In this document: piece by piece, positions 1 through 8,749 of the stretch | Numbering within the stretch: the first letter of the stretch is position 1 | Layout of the letters: every line of letters begins with the position of its first letter | NCBI GenBank assembly: GCA_013374855.1 | Contig: CP055308.1 | Coordinates: 272,715-336,714 of the forward strand | From: Candidatus Woesebacteria bacterium | GTDB taxonomy: Bacteria > Patescibacteriota > Microgenomatia > UBA8517 | Length of the DNA stretch: 64,000 nt | Direction: 5' to 3' | Notes under the pieces: generated by a model | Seen by the model: the letters and a program-made list of their open reading frames with translations, nothing else | What the model was told of the DNA's origin: nothing | Database searches by the model: none | Translations under genes and position numbers: made by a program

Positions 1-33
1 CAAATCAAAAAGACAGCTTCAAAAATATCTTCT

Positions 34-1677
34 ATGTCATCCGCTCTTGGTTTCTTAACCAGAAGAAAAGCCCCATTTTTGGAAAACACAATAACAGAAA
101 AAAAACCAGGTTGGTTAAACATACATCTCTCTGCCATGGGCATTACCCCAGAGCCAGTTGCCCGTTTTCTTACACAAAGTCTTAACTTTGGTAGTTTCTC
201 TTCCCCTAACATACTAGTTTCGCCAATTTTTAATTTTGCTTTTGACAAAATTATTCAAAAATTAGCTACCACACCCAAAATAAGAAGTGTCGTTTCCGGT
301 CTAACAACAAAGCTTGCAGAAAAAACAGCGGCTAAAGTTGCTGCCACAAAAATTGGGGGGAAATTAACAGCTGCTCTAGCAGCCAATGTAATACCTGTAG
401 CAGGACAGATTATTTCAGCAATAGCAACTGCGCTTTCTATCAAAGATATCACTATTGGAATAGCAAAATGGATTAAAGAAAACTCAGACAAGCTCACTTA
501 TATTCTTGCAGGATTTTTGGTTGGCGGTTTTGCTTTAACCGGCGCACCAATTTTTCTTGTAGCCGGGCTGGGCATTGCTGGTTTTGCTTCAAGAGCGTCA
601 ATTGGTATCTTTATCATATCAACACTTGGTGCAATAGGTTCGGCGGTTCTAGCTTCACTACTTATTCCTATGCTTATTGTTTTTATTGGAATTCCAATTC
701 TTGTTGTTATTATTCTCTTTATAATAAATTCAGGTGCTTATGTATATCCGCCATCAACTACAAATCCACCAGGTGCGCCATCAGGAATAATACAATCAGA
801 ATATATAAATTTAATTAAAAAAGCAGATGTTGACAAAATACCAAACCTAACAACCACTAAAGAGATAAACTATACAATACAGATCACACCCAAAAAGGGT
901 GCTGTAACTATTAAAAGTATAGAAAACAAATATAATATTACAGGAGGCAATAACCCAAACCCCATACAATCACCAGACCTATCTTCTTATGTTGGAAACA
1001 CTATAAACCCTAGCCAAACCCTAACAATCAGTTATAAAATTAATGTTGATCCAAGTCATAATAATTCTATTATAGAAGACATCGTAATCATTGTTGTTAC
1101 CACAAGCGATGGAAAAGATTCCACGGCTTCAACATCCTACTCCATAATGATAGGTTCTCCTCCTGTTGACTGCCCTATTCCAAACGGAAAAATAACCTGG
1201 TGGTCATACCAACCTGGAGATGAAAACGGGACAAGACATGGAAACAACAGATACTGGGGAAGTTATTCCTGTCGCTCATGGCCACTTCCACAATCAACAG
1301 GATGCTATGGACCATCTGATCCATCAGCTTCAGATAATAAATGCTTTAAAGAAACAAGTAAGTGTTCATATTATGGTTATGCGATTGATGTTGTGGGCAG
1401 CAATAGCGTATACGCACCAATGATAGGCGGAAAACAATTAACATGGAATTGTTCTTATGGTTTTGCCAACGGAGGCGGTTCTGCCGGATATACCTATATT
1501 TGTTCTTCTGGAAATTACCGATTAATTCTAACTCATATGAAAAACAATGCCAAAACAGGTACAATTAACTCAGGAGAAAAGATAGGAGAATTGTATCCTA
1601 TGCCAAACGCACACTTGCATATAGAATTAGCTATCGGTGGACAATATGTAAAACCAGAAAATTATCTTTGCAGATGA
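34..1677 (+). CDS. Multi-pass membrane protein with a Thr/Pro/Asn-rich linker and a C-terminal M23/LytM-like peptidase domain. The reading frame is open to the window start, so the true start may lie upstream.
   Basis: Residues 150-230 form glycine-zipper/TM helices. The C-terminal region carries YGYAIDVVG, then LILTHM, then NAHLHIELA, which resembles M23 motifs HxxxD ... HxH with Tyr in place of the first His. No in-frame stop lies between nt 1 and 33. Confidence 0.5.
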   Translation: MSSALGFLTRRKAPFLENTITEKKPGWLNIHLSAMGITPEPVARFLTQSLNFGSFSSPNILVSPIFNFAFDKIIQKLATTPKIRSVVSGLTTKLAEKTAAKVAATKIGGKLTAALAANVIPVAGQIISAIATALSIKDITIGIAKWIKENSDKLTYILAGFLVGGFALTGAPIFLVAGLGIAGFASRASIGIFIISTLGAIGSAVLASLLIPMLIVFIGIPILVVIILFIINSGAYVYPPSTTNPPGAPSGIIQSEYINLIKKADVDKIPNLTTTKEINYTIQITPKKGAVTIKSIENKYNITGGNNPNPIQSPDLSSYVGNTINPSQTLTISYKINVDPSHNNSIIEDIVIIVVTTSDGKDSTASTSYSIMIGSPPVDCPIPNGKITWWSYQPGDENGTRHGNNRYWGSYSCRSWPLPQSTGCYGPSDPSASDNKCFKETSKCSYYGYAIDVVGSNSVYAPMIGGKQLTWNCSYGFANGGGSAGYTYICSSGNYRLILTHMKNNAKTGTINSGEKIGELYPMPNAHLHIELAIGGQYVKPENYLCR

Positions 1678-2144
1678 AAAAACTAATCACAAAAAAACAA
1701 GTAATAATTATTATTGCTTCCGTTGTGTTCTTTTTATCTTTTGTATTTTTTGCTTTTTATTTACTCCCCAAAAAAGAAAAAAACAATATTCCCCAAACAA
1801 TTCCAGAAACATTACCCTTTGAAATAAAAGACAGACCACAAGGAGGAGAAATAGAAACAGCGTTAGATAATCTTGCCTTCAGTTTTACTTTCTCTAAAGA
1901 GATAGACAAAAACTCTGTTTTTGTTCAAATAAACCCTGACACCGAATTTGAAATATCTTTTGAAAACAACAACAAAACTCTTACTATTTTTCCTAAAAAC
2001 AAATGGATTTATGGAGAAAATTACGAAATAAAAATAAACTTGAAATCAAAAGAAAAAGACGAAATAAAAGAACCAATTTTGCACAAATTCAAACTAAATA
2101 AGCCAAAAAACTCCCCAATGGACGAAAGCCAAATAGGATATTAA
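1668..2144 (+). CDS. Hypothetical membrane-anchored protein with an N-terminal TM helix
   Basis: ORF with a single hydrophobic N-terminal segment (IIIIASVVFFLSFVFFAFYLL). It overlaps the upstream ORF by 10 nt and has no recognisable catalytic motif. Confidence 0.35.
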   Translation: MQMKKLITKKQVIIIIASVVFFLSFVFFAFYLLPKKEKNNIPQTIPETLPFEIKDRPQGGEIETALDNLAFSFTFSKEIDKNSVFVQINPDTEFEISFENNNKTLTIFPKNKWIYGENYEIKINLKSKEKDEIKEPILHKFKLNKPKNSPMDESQIGY

Positions 2145-3241
2145 ATTTTAACCGGCATTATAATATGAAGATAATTTTTGTTTGAAATATCTCTAAATTC
2201 AGCCGGTGAAGAAGAATTATTAAAAGACATTTTAACTCTTTCCCCCTTAACTGACTCAACAAAATCAAGTAAAAATTTATAATTAAAGCCTATTTCCAAA
2301 TCATCACCTTCAACATTCGCATCAAAAATACTTTCCTGCGATCCTGAAAGCTGATTTTCAGCCAAAAACCTAGCCTTGCCACTAGTAGAATCTATCAAGA
2401 TTCTCACCACATTAGAAGATTCTTTAGCAAAAACCGAGGCGAGTTTCAAACCTCTTATCATATCTTCTTTATCCAAAAAAACTTTCGTCTTAAACTCTTG
2501 TGGAATTATTTTTTCAAAATCAGGATATTCTCCATCAATTATACGAGAAAAAAATATAGCATCTCTTAATTTAAAAACCACCATATTCTCTGACCCATCA
2601 TAACCAAACTCAAAATATTCATCCGCATCTGCAAAACGAACGATCTCGTTCAATATGCTTTTAGGAACAATTATTTTTTCAACAGGAAAGTCAAATTCCC
2701 CAACACTAGACAAAGAAAGTCTGTAACCATCTGTGGCTACAAGATTTAATTTTTTTTCTTTTTTATAGAACAAAACACCCGTTAAAACAGGTCTTGTTTC
2801 ATCAAAAGAAGAAGCAAAAATCACAGAAACAATAGATTCAAGCAAACTCTTTTTAGATAGTCTAATAAATTTTGCATCCTTACCAACAGAAACTTTAGGA
2901 AATTCGGATGCATTAATCCCAGCTAAGCGAGAAGAAAAACCTTCACTTTTAATGATCAGGTTTTCTTTATCTAAACTTAGATTTAAATTTCCAGGTTTGA
3001 GATTGGAAACAATTTCTAAAAAAAGCCTTGCAGGAACTGTTATAGAACCATCTCTTTCTGTTTTTGCACCAATGTCCATTCTTACAAACATTTCAAGATT
3101 TGTAGATGAAACGGTTAATTTGTTCTTAGAGCTTTCGAGCAAAACATTGCCTAAAACCGGAATTTGAGGTTTTGTGCTAATAAATCGTGATGCAATTGAT
3201 GCTACCTCCCTTAAATCCTCTTGTCTTACTTGGATTTTCAT
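2141..3241 (-). CDS. dnaN: DNA polymerase III beta subunit (sliding clamp)
   Basis: 366-aa product with the typical DnaN N-terminus (MKIQVRQEDL...VLGNVLLES) and the three-domain length. It lies immediately downstream of dnaA on the same strand. Confidence 0.9.
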   Translation of the reverse strand: MKIQVRQEDLREVASIASRFISTKPQIPVLGNVLLESSKNKLTVSSTNLEMFVRMDIGAKTERDGSITVPARLFLEIVSNLKPGNLNLSLDKENLIIKSEGFSSRLAGINASEFPKVSVGKDAKFIRLSKKSLLESIVSVIFASSFDETRPVLTGVLFYKKEKKLNLVATDGYRLSLSSVGEFDFPVEKIIVPKSILNEIVRFADADEYFEFGYDGSENMVVFKLRDAIFFSRIIDGEYPDFEKIIPQEFKTKVFLDKEDMIRGLKLASVFAKESSNVVRILIDSTSGKARFLAENQLSGSQESIFDANVEGDDLEIGFNYKFLLDFVESVKGERVKMSFNNSSSPAEFRDISNKNYLHIIMPVKI

Positions 3242-3359
3242 TTGTTTTAAGTATAATTTATTTCTTTTTTGAAAACCAGTGTTTGTCTTTTAATATAGAG
3301 TAGATCTAGTAGTAGGAATTGTTGAAAAGTGTAAAAGTGTTCCTGATTGGTCTTGTTTT

Positions 3360-3510
3360 CTTTTGTGGATTTTGTCTTATAACAATTGTGGATATTCTTG
3401 TGGATAAACAAGCTATTTCTGTTGATAAGTGGAAAAATTTTGTTTTTTATCCCCATATTGCTTTTTTTATCCCCTCAATATCCTCTCTAATATCCACATT
3501 GGTTGAGGCA
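3360..3510. promoter_or_regulatory. oriC-like DnaA-box cluster in the dnaA-dnaN intergenic region and the dnaA 3' end
   Basis: There is a perfect TGTGGATAA at 3399-3407. Near-consensus boxes are TGTGGATAT 3388-3396, TGTTGATAA 3420-3428, TTATCCCCA 3447-3455, TTATCCCCT 3467-3475, ATATCCACA 3500-3508 and TGTGGATTT 3364-3372. The flanks (3242-3330) are AT-rich. Confidence 0.6.
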
Positions 3511-4835
3511 AGTTTTGTAATTTTTTCCACAGCATGCATTACTGTTGTATGATCTCTTCCTCCTGTTATTCTGCCAACTTCTTGAAGAGGGAGTTGTAAC
3601 TCCGTTCTTAATATGTACATTAGTATTTGACGAGGTAGAGATAATGTTTTGATTCTTGAGTTTCCCAATATTTGTCTTTTTTTTATTGAATATTGTTTAC
3701 ACACAATATCAATGATATCATCAGAACCCACTTTCTTTTTTTCTTTGTTGCCATTTTCCCCCTCCCTTTTTCCAAGAAGATGTTTAATTGTTTCTTCATC
3801 TACAACACTTATATTTTCAAGTTGTATTTTGCTTTGCAGACGAATTAAGAATCCTTCTATTTTTCTTGCTGTATCAAGATTGCCGGCAATAAGCTGGACC
3901 AAACTCATAGGAAGGTTCATTCCCTTTTCTTTTAATTTTATTTGGGTTATGGCGCATCTTAATTCAAAATCAGGTGGGGCAATGTCAACAATAAGCCCTG
4001 CTTCAAAACGACTTCTTAATCTCTCCTCCAGTTTTGAAATGTCAGATGGAGGCTTGTCTGAAGTCATAATTATTTGTCCACCTGACGCAACTATGGCGTT
4101 GAATGTGTGGAAAAACTCTTCTTGGACAGCGTCTTTTCCTGCGATAAACTGAATGTCATCTATTAAAAGTAGGTCTAGTTTTCTGTATTTGTTTCTGAAT
4201 TTTTGGGTTGTTTTATTTCTTATTCCTTCTACAATATCATTTGTAAAATCCTCTCCTGTGCAAAAGTAGACTTTTTTATTTATGTTGTATTTTTTAACTT
4301 TTATTCCCACCGCGTTCATGAGGTGTGTTTTACCAACCCCAACCCCTCCCCAGAGAAACAGAGGGTTATATGAAGTGCCGAGATTTTTGGCAACTGCCTC
4401 GCAAGCTGCCCATGCCATTTGATTTGAGGAAGAGACAGCAAAATTTTCAAATGTAAAAAATGGACGCAGGCGGCAGTTTTTGATTTCTTCAAAAAACTCG
4501 CTGGTGTATTTTTTATTTTCTGCCTTTTCTTTAAACAGAGGAGTCTCAAGACTCTTGTTTTCTTGATTTTCTTGTGTTTTTATCTCAAAGATTATGTCAC
4601 ATTTTTTTTCGGTTATCTTTTCGAGAGTGTCTTGCACCAAGCCGTAATATCTGTTTTCTATAGTATTTTTGGCAAAGGAGGAAGGACAACCTATTTCAAA
4701 AATTAGTCTTCCCTCTTTTTCTTTAATTTGGCTTATGAAAGTTTGGGAAAACCAAGTATTGAAGATTGCCGAGGAAACGGAAACCTTTATGCTTTTGAGG
4801 CAGCCTTGCCAAATTTTTTCTTTATCTACTTCCAT
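3447..4835 (-). CDS. dnaA: Chromosomal replication initiator protein DnaA
   Basis: Walker A GGVGVGKTHLMNA and Walker B LLIDDIQFIAGK are present. The C-terminal helix-turn-helix DNA-binding domain reads ILMYILRTELQLPLQEVGRITGGRDHTTVMHA. Confidence 0.93.
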   Translation of the reverse strand: MEVDKEKIWQGCLKSIKVSVSSAIFNTWFSQTFISQIKEKEGRLIFEIGCPSSFAKNTIENRYYGLVQDTLEKITEKKCDIIFEIKTQENQENKSLETPLFKEKAENKKYTSEFFEEIKNCRLRPFFTFENFAVSSSNQMAWAACEAVAKNLGTSYNPLFLWGGVGVGKTHLMNAVGIKVKKYNINKKVYFCTGEDFTNDIVEGIRNKTTQKFRNKYRKLDLLLIDDIQFIAGKDAVQEEFFHTFNAIVASGGQIIMTSDKPPSDISKLEERLRSRFEAGLIVDIAPPDFELRCAITQIKLKEKGMNLPMSLVQLIAGNLDTARKIEGFLIRLQSKIQLENISVVDEETIKHLLGKREGENGNKEKKKVGSDDIIDIVCKQYSIKKRQILGNSRIKTLSLPRQILMYILRTELQLPLQEVGRITGGRDHTTVMHAVEKITKLASTNVDIREDIEGIKKAIWG

Positions 4836-4924
4836 TTTATTTTGGGGTCTAGGGCAGAAGACACTTGTTAAAGAATATTTAACTATTTATACACAATTAG
4901 TCAACCCCTATTTTTTAGAAGCCT

Positions 4925-4953
4925 TGCAATTTTATCTGTTTTAAGATTATAAT
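4925..4953 (+). promoter_or_regulatory. Sigma70-like promoter upstream of rpmH
   Basis: TTGCAA at 4925-4930, a 17-nt spacer, then TATAAT at 4948-4953, about 8 nt before the rpmH ATG region. Confidence 0.4.
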
Positions 4954-4960
4954 TTCCTCT

Positions 4961-5092
4961 ATGTCAACAAAAAGAACATATAATCCGCACAAAATAAAAA
5001 GAGCTAGTAAATTTGGCTTTAGGGCCAGAAACAAAAAAAGAAAGGGGAGGAAAATTTTAAGACGTAGACTTTTAAAAGGTAGGAAAAAGTAA
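4961..5092 (+). CDS. rpmH: 50S ribosomal protein L34. The ORF is 43 aa, below the ORF-track cutoff.
   Basis: Manual translation gives MSTKRTYNPHKIKRASKFGFRARNKKRKGRKILRRRLLKGRKK. This is the canonical L34 sequence in the canonical position upstream of rnpA and divergent from dnaA. Confidence 0.85.
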   Translation: MSTKRTYNPHKIKRASKFGFRARNKKRKGRKILRRRLLKGRKK

Positions 5093-5097
5093 ATTAA

Positions 5098-5430
5098 GTG
5101 TTGCCTAGAAAAAATCGTTTAACAGATTTGTCTGATTTCGAAAGAATTAAGAAGGAAGGAAAGGTTGTAAAAAGTAATTTTTTCTTTTTGTCTTTTTTAA
5201 AAAACAATCTTCCTTTTTCGAGGTTTGGTATTATTGTCTCAAAAAACATCTCAAATAAAGCGGTTAAAAGGAACAAAATTAAAAGAATAGTCAGAGAATT
5301 TATTAGAAATAATGTTTTATCTGCTTTTGGAGGATATGATTTTGTAATTGTTGCAAGAAAGTCTGTTTTGGGAGAAGAAAATAAAATAACAAAAGAGTTG
5401 GAAGAACTTTTTCATATGGTAAAAAAATGA
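5098..5430 (+). CDS. rnpA: Ribonuclease P protein component
   Basis: 110-aa basic protein (MLPRKNRLTDLSDFERIKKEGK...) located immediately after rpmH, in the conserved rpmH-rnpA-yidD-yidC order. Confidence 0.85.
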   Translation: MLPRKNRLTDLSDFERIKKEGKVVKSNFFFLSFLKNNLPFSRFGIIVSKNISNKAVKRNKIKRIVREFIRNNVLSAFGGYDFVIVARKSVLGEENKITKELEELFHMVKK

Positions 5431-5624
5431 AAAAAATTGCAGTGATTTTGATAAAAGTTTACAGAATTTTTGTCTCTCCCTTTTTGGTAGCTATTTTTGG
5501 CAGAGGTTGTAGGTACAGAGTTACTTGTAGCCAATACTCTCTGCTTGTTTTTAAGAAATATGGTTTTTTAAAAGCTCTGAATCTTTCTTTGCGTCGTTTT
5601 TTTTCTTGCCATTCTTTTTCTTGA
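5427..5624 (+). CDS. yidD: Membrane protein insertion efficiency factor YidD
   Basis: 65-aa product carrying IKVYRIFVSPFL...GCRYRVTCSQY, characteristic of YidD. It overlaps rnpA by 4 nt. Confidence 0.8.
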   Translation: MKKIAVILIKVYRIFVSPFLVAIFGRGCRYRVTCSQYSLLVFKKYGFLKALNLSLRRFFSCHSFS

Positions 5625-6467
5625 TTGTCTATGTTTAATGCTGTTTTTGTTCAACCCTTAGCAAATGGCCTAATACTATTTTATAGATTGTTAGGAGAAA
5701 ATTTAGGAATAGCCATAATATTTTTTAGTTTTTTCTTGAGATTGGTTTTGTCTCCTCTTACAAAACCATATATGGAATCGATGAAGAAAATGAAAGAAAT
5801 AGCTCCTAGATTGGAAAAAATAAAAAAGAAGTTTAAAGATGACAAAATAAAAATAGCTCAAGCTCAGGCGGAACTTTACCGTCAGAACAAAATAAACCCA
5901 GGAGCAGGTTGTTTACCTTATCTTCTACAAATAATTGTTTTTATTGCCTTTTTTAGAGTTTTTAGCCTAACTCTTTATGAAGGAGGGGATATAACAGCGA
6001 AGTTTAACAATCTCTTATACCCTCCTTTAAAATTTTCTCAGGAAGAGGTTATTAACACAAAATTTCTTTATCTGGATGTTTCAAAGCCCGATGTTTTTCG
6101 TTTTTCTTTCTTGCCATTTCCTTTTCCCGGTCCGCTTGTAATTTTGGCCGCATTAGTCCAGTTCTTGAGTTCCAAAATATCTTTGCCAGTTAACACTGCT
6201 TACCGGAAATCTGTTAAGAAAACAGAGGAAAAGACGGATGATATGCAAGCGGCAATCCAGCAATCAATGATTTATACAATCCCTTTTATGACTTTGTTTT
6301 TCGGAATTAGTTTTCCTTCTGGTCTTGTTTTATATTGGTTTCTTTTTTCTCTGATGCAACTTGTTCAGCAGTACAAATCATATACTGGCAAGAGCATTCT
6401 ACCGTCTTTATTTTCGAGATCTGATTTGTTAAAATTCCAAGAGGTGGAAGACAAAAAAAATGAATGA
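5625..6467 (+). CDS. yidC: Membrane protein insertase YidC/Oxa1 family
   Basis: 280-aa multi-TM protein in the conserved position after yidD. It has the YidC-like conserved core (GCLPYLLQI..., C-terminal TM helices). Confidence 0.8.
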   Translation: MSMFNAVFVQPLANGLILFYRLLGENLGIAIIFFSFFLRLVLSPLTKPYMESMKKMKEIAPRLEKIKKKFKDDKIKIAQAQAELYRQNKINPGAGCLPYLLQIIVFIAFFRVFSLTLYEGGDITAKFNNLLYPPLKFSQEEVINTKFLYLDVSKPDVFRFSFLPFPFPGPLVILAALVQFLSSKISLPVNTAYRKSVKKTEEKTDDMQAAIQQSMIYTIPFMTLFFGISFPSGLVLYWFLFSLMQLVQQYKSYTGKSILPSLFSRSDLLKFQEVEDKKNE

Positions 6468-6942
6468 AGATACTCAAAAGCTTGAATTAATAGCAAAGGA
6501 ACTCTTTAGCTTATTAGGAGTTGATGCGAGCTTACAAGCTGGCGAGACGGAAGATGGAGATCTTTTACTGAATGTTGATGTTACGGAGAACAGAGGAATT
6601 CTAATTGGAAAGAGGGGTGAAAATCTTTCTTCGATTCGCACTTTTCTTCAACATGCTTTTTACAATAAAGTAGGTAGGTGGAGATATGTTAAGGTAACAA
6701 TAGGTGACTGGCTCAAAAGGCAAGAAGAATATCTTTTGCCTTTGGCAGAAAAAGCTGCTCAAAAAGCAAAAGAGACCGGTCAGCCTCAGCAGCTTTATAA
6801 CTTGAGTGCAGAACAAAGAAGAATTATCCATCTTGCTATTTCTAGAATGGAAGGTGTTATAAGCGAATCGGTGGGTGAAGGAAGAGAAAGATGTTTGGTG
6901 ATCAAACCAGATGGCAAAGAATCAAAGCCACAGAATTCTTAA
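6460..6942 (+). CDS. jag: Jag/KhpB-like R3H-domain RNA-binding protein
   Basis: 160-aa protein with KH-like and R3H-like regions (LSAEQRRIIHLAI). It sits in the conserved position downstream of yidC. Confidence 0.7.
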   Translation: MNEDTQKLELIAKELFSLLGVDASLQAGETEDGDLLLNVDVTENRGILIGKRGENLSSIRTFLQHAFYNKVGRWRYVKVTIGDWLKRQEEYLLPLAEKAAQKAKETGQPQQLYNLSAEQRRIIHLAISRMEGVISESVGEGRERCLVIKPDGKESKPQNS

Positions 6943-8209
6943 GAAACTTTTCCTTAGGAAAACAATTTATCTTGAAAAAATCCTTCTTTTTTTAATATTT
7001 TTTCTTTCTCCAAGCCAACTTTCAAAGCACTTTTGGTTTCCGTGGTCTTTTGTTTTTGGGATAAGGGTTGATTATCTTGCGTTTTCTTTATCGATTGTTG
7101 ATATTTTGATTTATTGTCTTTTTTTTGTTTTTGTTTTTAGGAAATTCTTAGAGAAAGGTTTGCACAATGTTGCTTTTAGAGAAATTTTTTCTCCGTTTGT
7201 TTTTTTCTTTGTTTTATTGAATATGCTTGTGTCTGTAATTCCTCAAAACACTTTTTTTTATTTTCTAAAAACTTTGCCACTTTTTTTGTTGTTTTTTTAT
7301 TTGAGGAATTACAAGAAAAGTTTTTATAATTTTTTTTTCTTTGCTTGTGTTGCCTCACTTGTTTTCTTTGGGTTAATAGGGGTTTTACAAGTTGTTTTTG
7401 GAAAGACATTGGGCGGGGTGTTTTGGTTTTTGGGAGAAAGGAGTTTTGATGTAAACACTCCCGGTATTGCTCTTTTTTCTTTTCTTGGACAGGATCACCT
7501 GCGGGCATATTCAACTTTTCCGCACCCCAATGTTCTATCGGGTTATTTTGTAGTAATTGTCTTTTTACTTTTGTCGGTTGTTTATAAAATTTGGCATGGG
7601 AAAACTTTTATTTTTTTAACAATTTTTTTGTCTTTTTTCCCTTTTGTTCTTTCTTTTTCTTTAAACTCTTTTTTCTCGCTTTTGGTTGTTTTTGTGATTT
7701 TATTTTTGAAAAGATTTTTTGGCAAGAAAGTTTTTTTGTATATTTTGAGTTCTGTTTTCATCTTTAGTTTTATCTTTCTTTTTATTCTTCCTGGAAAGCT
7801 TGATGTTGATTTGGGAGAAAGTGTTGTAGAAAGATTACATCTTCTTTCTTTGGCAGGTAGAGTTTTTTTACAAAAGCCTTTTTTGGGTGTGGGTTTTGGT
7901 AATTTTATTCCCTCGACTGTTTATCAAAATGTCTCTTGGGGGATGTCGAATTATTTACTTCAGCCAGTTCATAACATTTACGCTTTGGTTTTGTCGGAGG
8001 GGGGATTGTTTGGTTTTGTGTTTTTTTACATTTTCTTTTTAAGGCTTTTTTTGTTTTCTTTTGCTAGAGGAAAAACTTGGCTTTTGTCGGCTTTGGCATT
8101 TATAATGATAACAGGATTGTTTGATCATTATTGGTTAACTTTAGATCAGGGCAGATTGGCTTTTGTTTTTTTAATTTCATTTTTGTTCAAAAATGGCAAA
8201 CAGTTATAG
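6911..8209 (+). CDS. O-antigen ligase/polymerase-like (Wzy_C family) polytopic membrane protein
   Basis: 432 aa with 10 or more TM helices. A Wzy_C-like loop follows (NYLLQPVHNIYALVLSEGGLFGFVFF...ITGLFDHYWL). Confidence 0.5.
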   Translation: MAKNQSHRILKKLFLRKTIYLEKILLFLIFFLSPSQLSKHFWFPWSFVFGIRVDYLAFSLSIVDILIYCLFFVFVFRKFLEKGLHNVAFREIFSPFVFFFVLLNMLVSVIPQNTFFYFLKTLPLFLLFFYLRNYKKSFYNFFFFACVASLVFFGLIGVLQVVFGKTLGGVFWFLGERSFDVNTPGIALFSFLGQDHLRAYSTFPHPNVLSGYFVVIVFLLLSVVYKIWHGKTFIFLTIFLSFFPFVLSFSLNSFFSLLVVFVILFLKRFFGKKVFLYILSSVFIFSFIFLFILPGKLDVDLGESVVERLHLLSLAGRVFLQKPFLGVGFGNFIPSTVYQNVSWGMSNYLLQPVHNIYALVLSEGGLFGFVFFYIFFLRLFLFSFARGKTWLLSALAFIMITGLFDHYWLTLDQGRLAFVFLISFLFKNGKQL

Positions 8210-8648
8210 AAAAATAACAATTAACACTGACGGCGGGGCGAGAGGCAATCCTGGGCCTGCAGCCTGTGCCTTTGTAGCAAGAGAAAACGGAAGGGTTGTT
8301 TGTAAGAAGGGTTTCTTCTTAGGAGAAACAACAAACAATGTTGCAGAATACAGCGGGATAATAGAGGCTTATAGGTGGGTTTTAGAAGGCGGGAAAAATG
8401 TAGAAGAAATTGTTTTTGAAATCGATTCGGAGCTCGTGGTAAAGCAATTAAACGGTTTCTACAGAGTCAAAGACAAAGAATTAATTGTACTTTGGAATAG
8501 AGTTAAAGATATGGAAAAAAAGACAAATGCCAAGGTTTTTTATGTTCATGTTCCAAGAAGTAAAAACAAAGACGCTGATTTTCTTTTGAATTCTGTCCTG
8601 GATGGTTTAAGTATAGTTTCACGTCATCAAAAAACCTCTATCACTTGA
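8193..8648 (+). CDS. rnhA: RNase HI-like ribonuclease H
   Basis: INTDGGARGNPGPAACAFV ... NNVAEYSGIIEAYRWVL ... FEIDSELVVKQLNGFYRVKDKEL ... PRSKNKDADFLLNSVLD carries the DEDD carboxylate pattern of type 1 RNase H. Confidence 0.7.
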   Translation: MANSYRKITINTDGGARGNPGPAACAFVARENGRVVCKKGFFLGETTNNVAEYSGIIEAYRWVLEGGKNVEEIVFEIDSELVVKQLNGFYRVKDKELIVLWNRVKDMEKKTNAKVFYVHVPRSKNKDADFLLNSVLDGLSIVSRHQKTSIT

Positions 8649-8749
8649 AAAACCACCCTTTACATTAAGATGAAAAAAACAATGGCAAGAAAAGAAAACA
8701 CTAGTTTTTTCAAAAAAATCATCGTGTTCTTTCTTTTGTAGACTATCAC

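Noticed and set aside
3649-4152. 167-aa plus-strand ORF within dnaA
   Set aside because: It lies entirely antisense to the strongly supported dnaA gene. It is typical spurious antisense ORF noise, as are the many 60-110-aa ORFs nested in valS, groEL, the helicases and the MTase.
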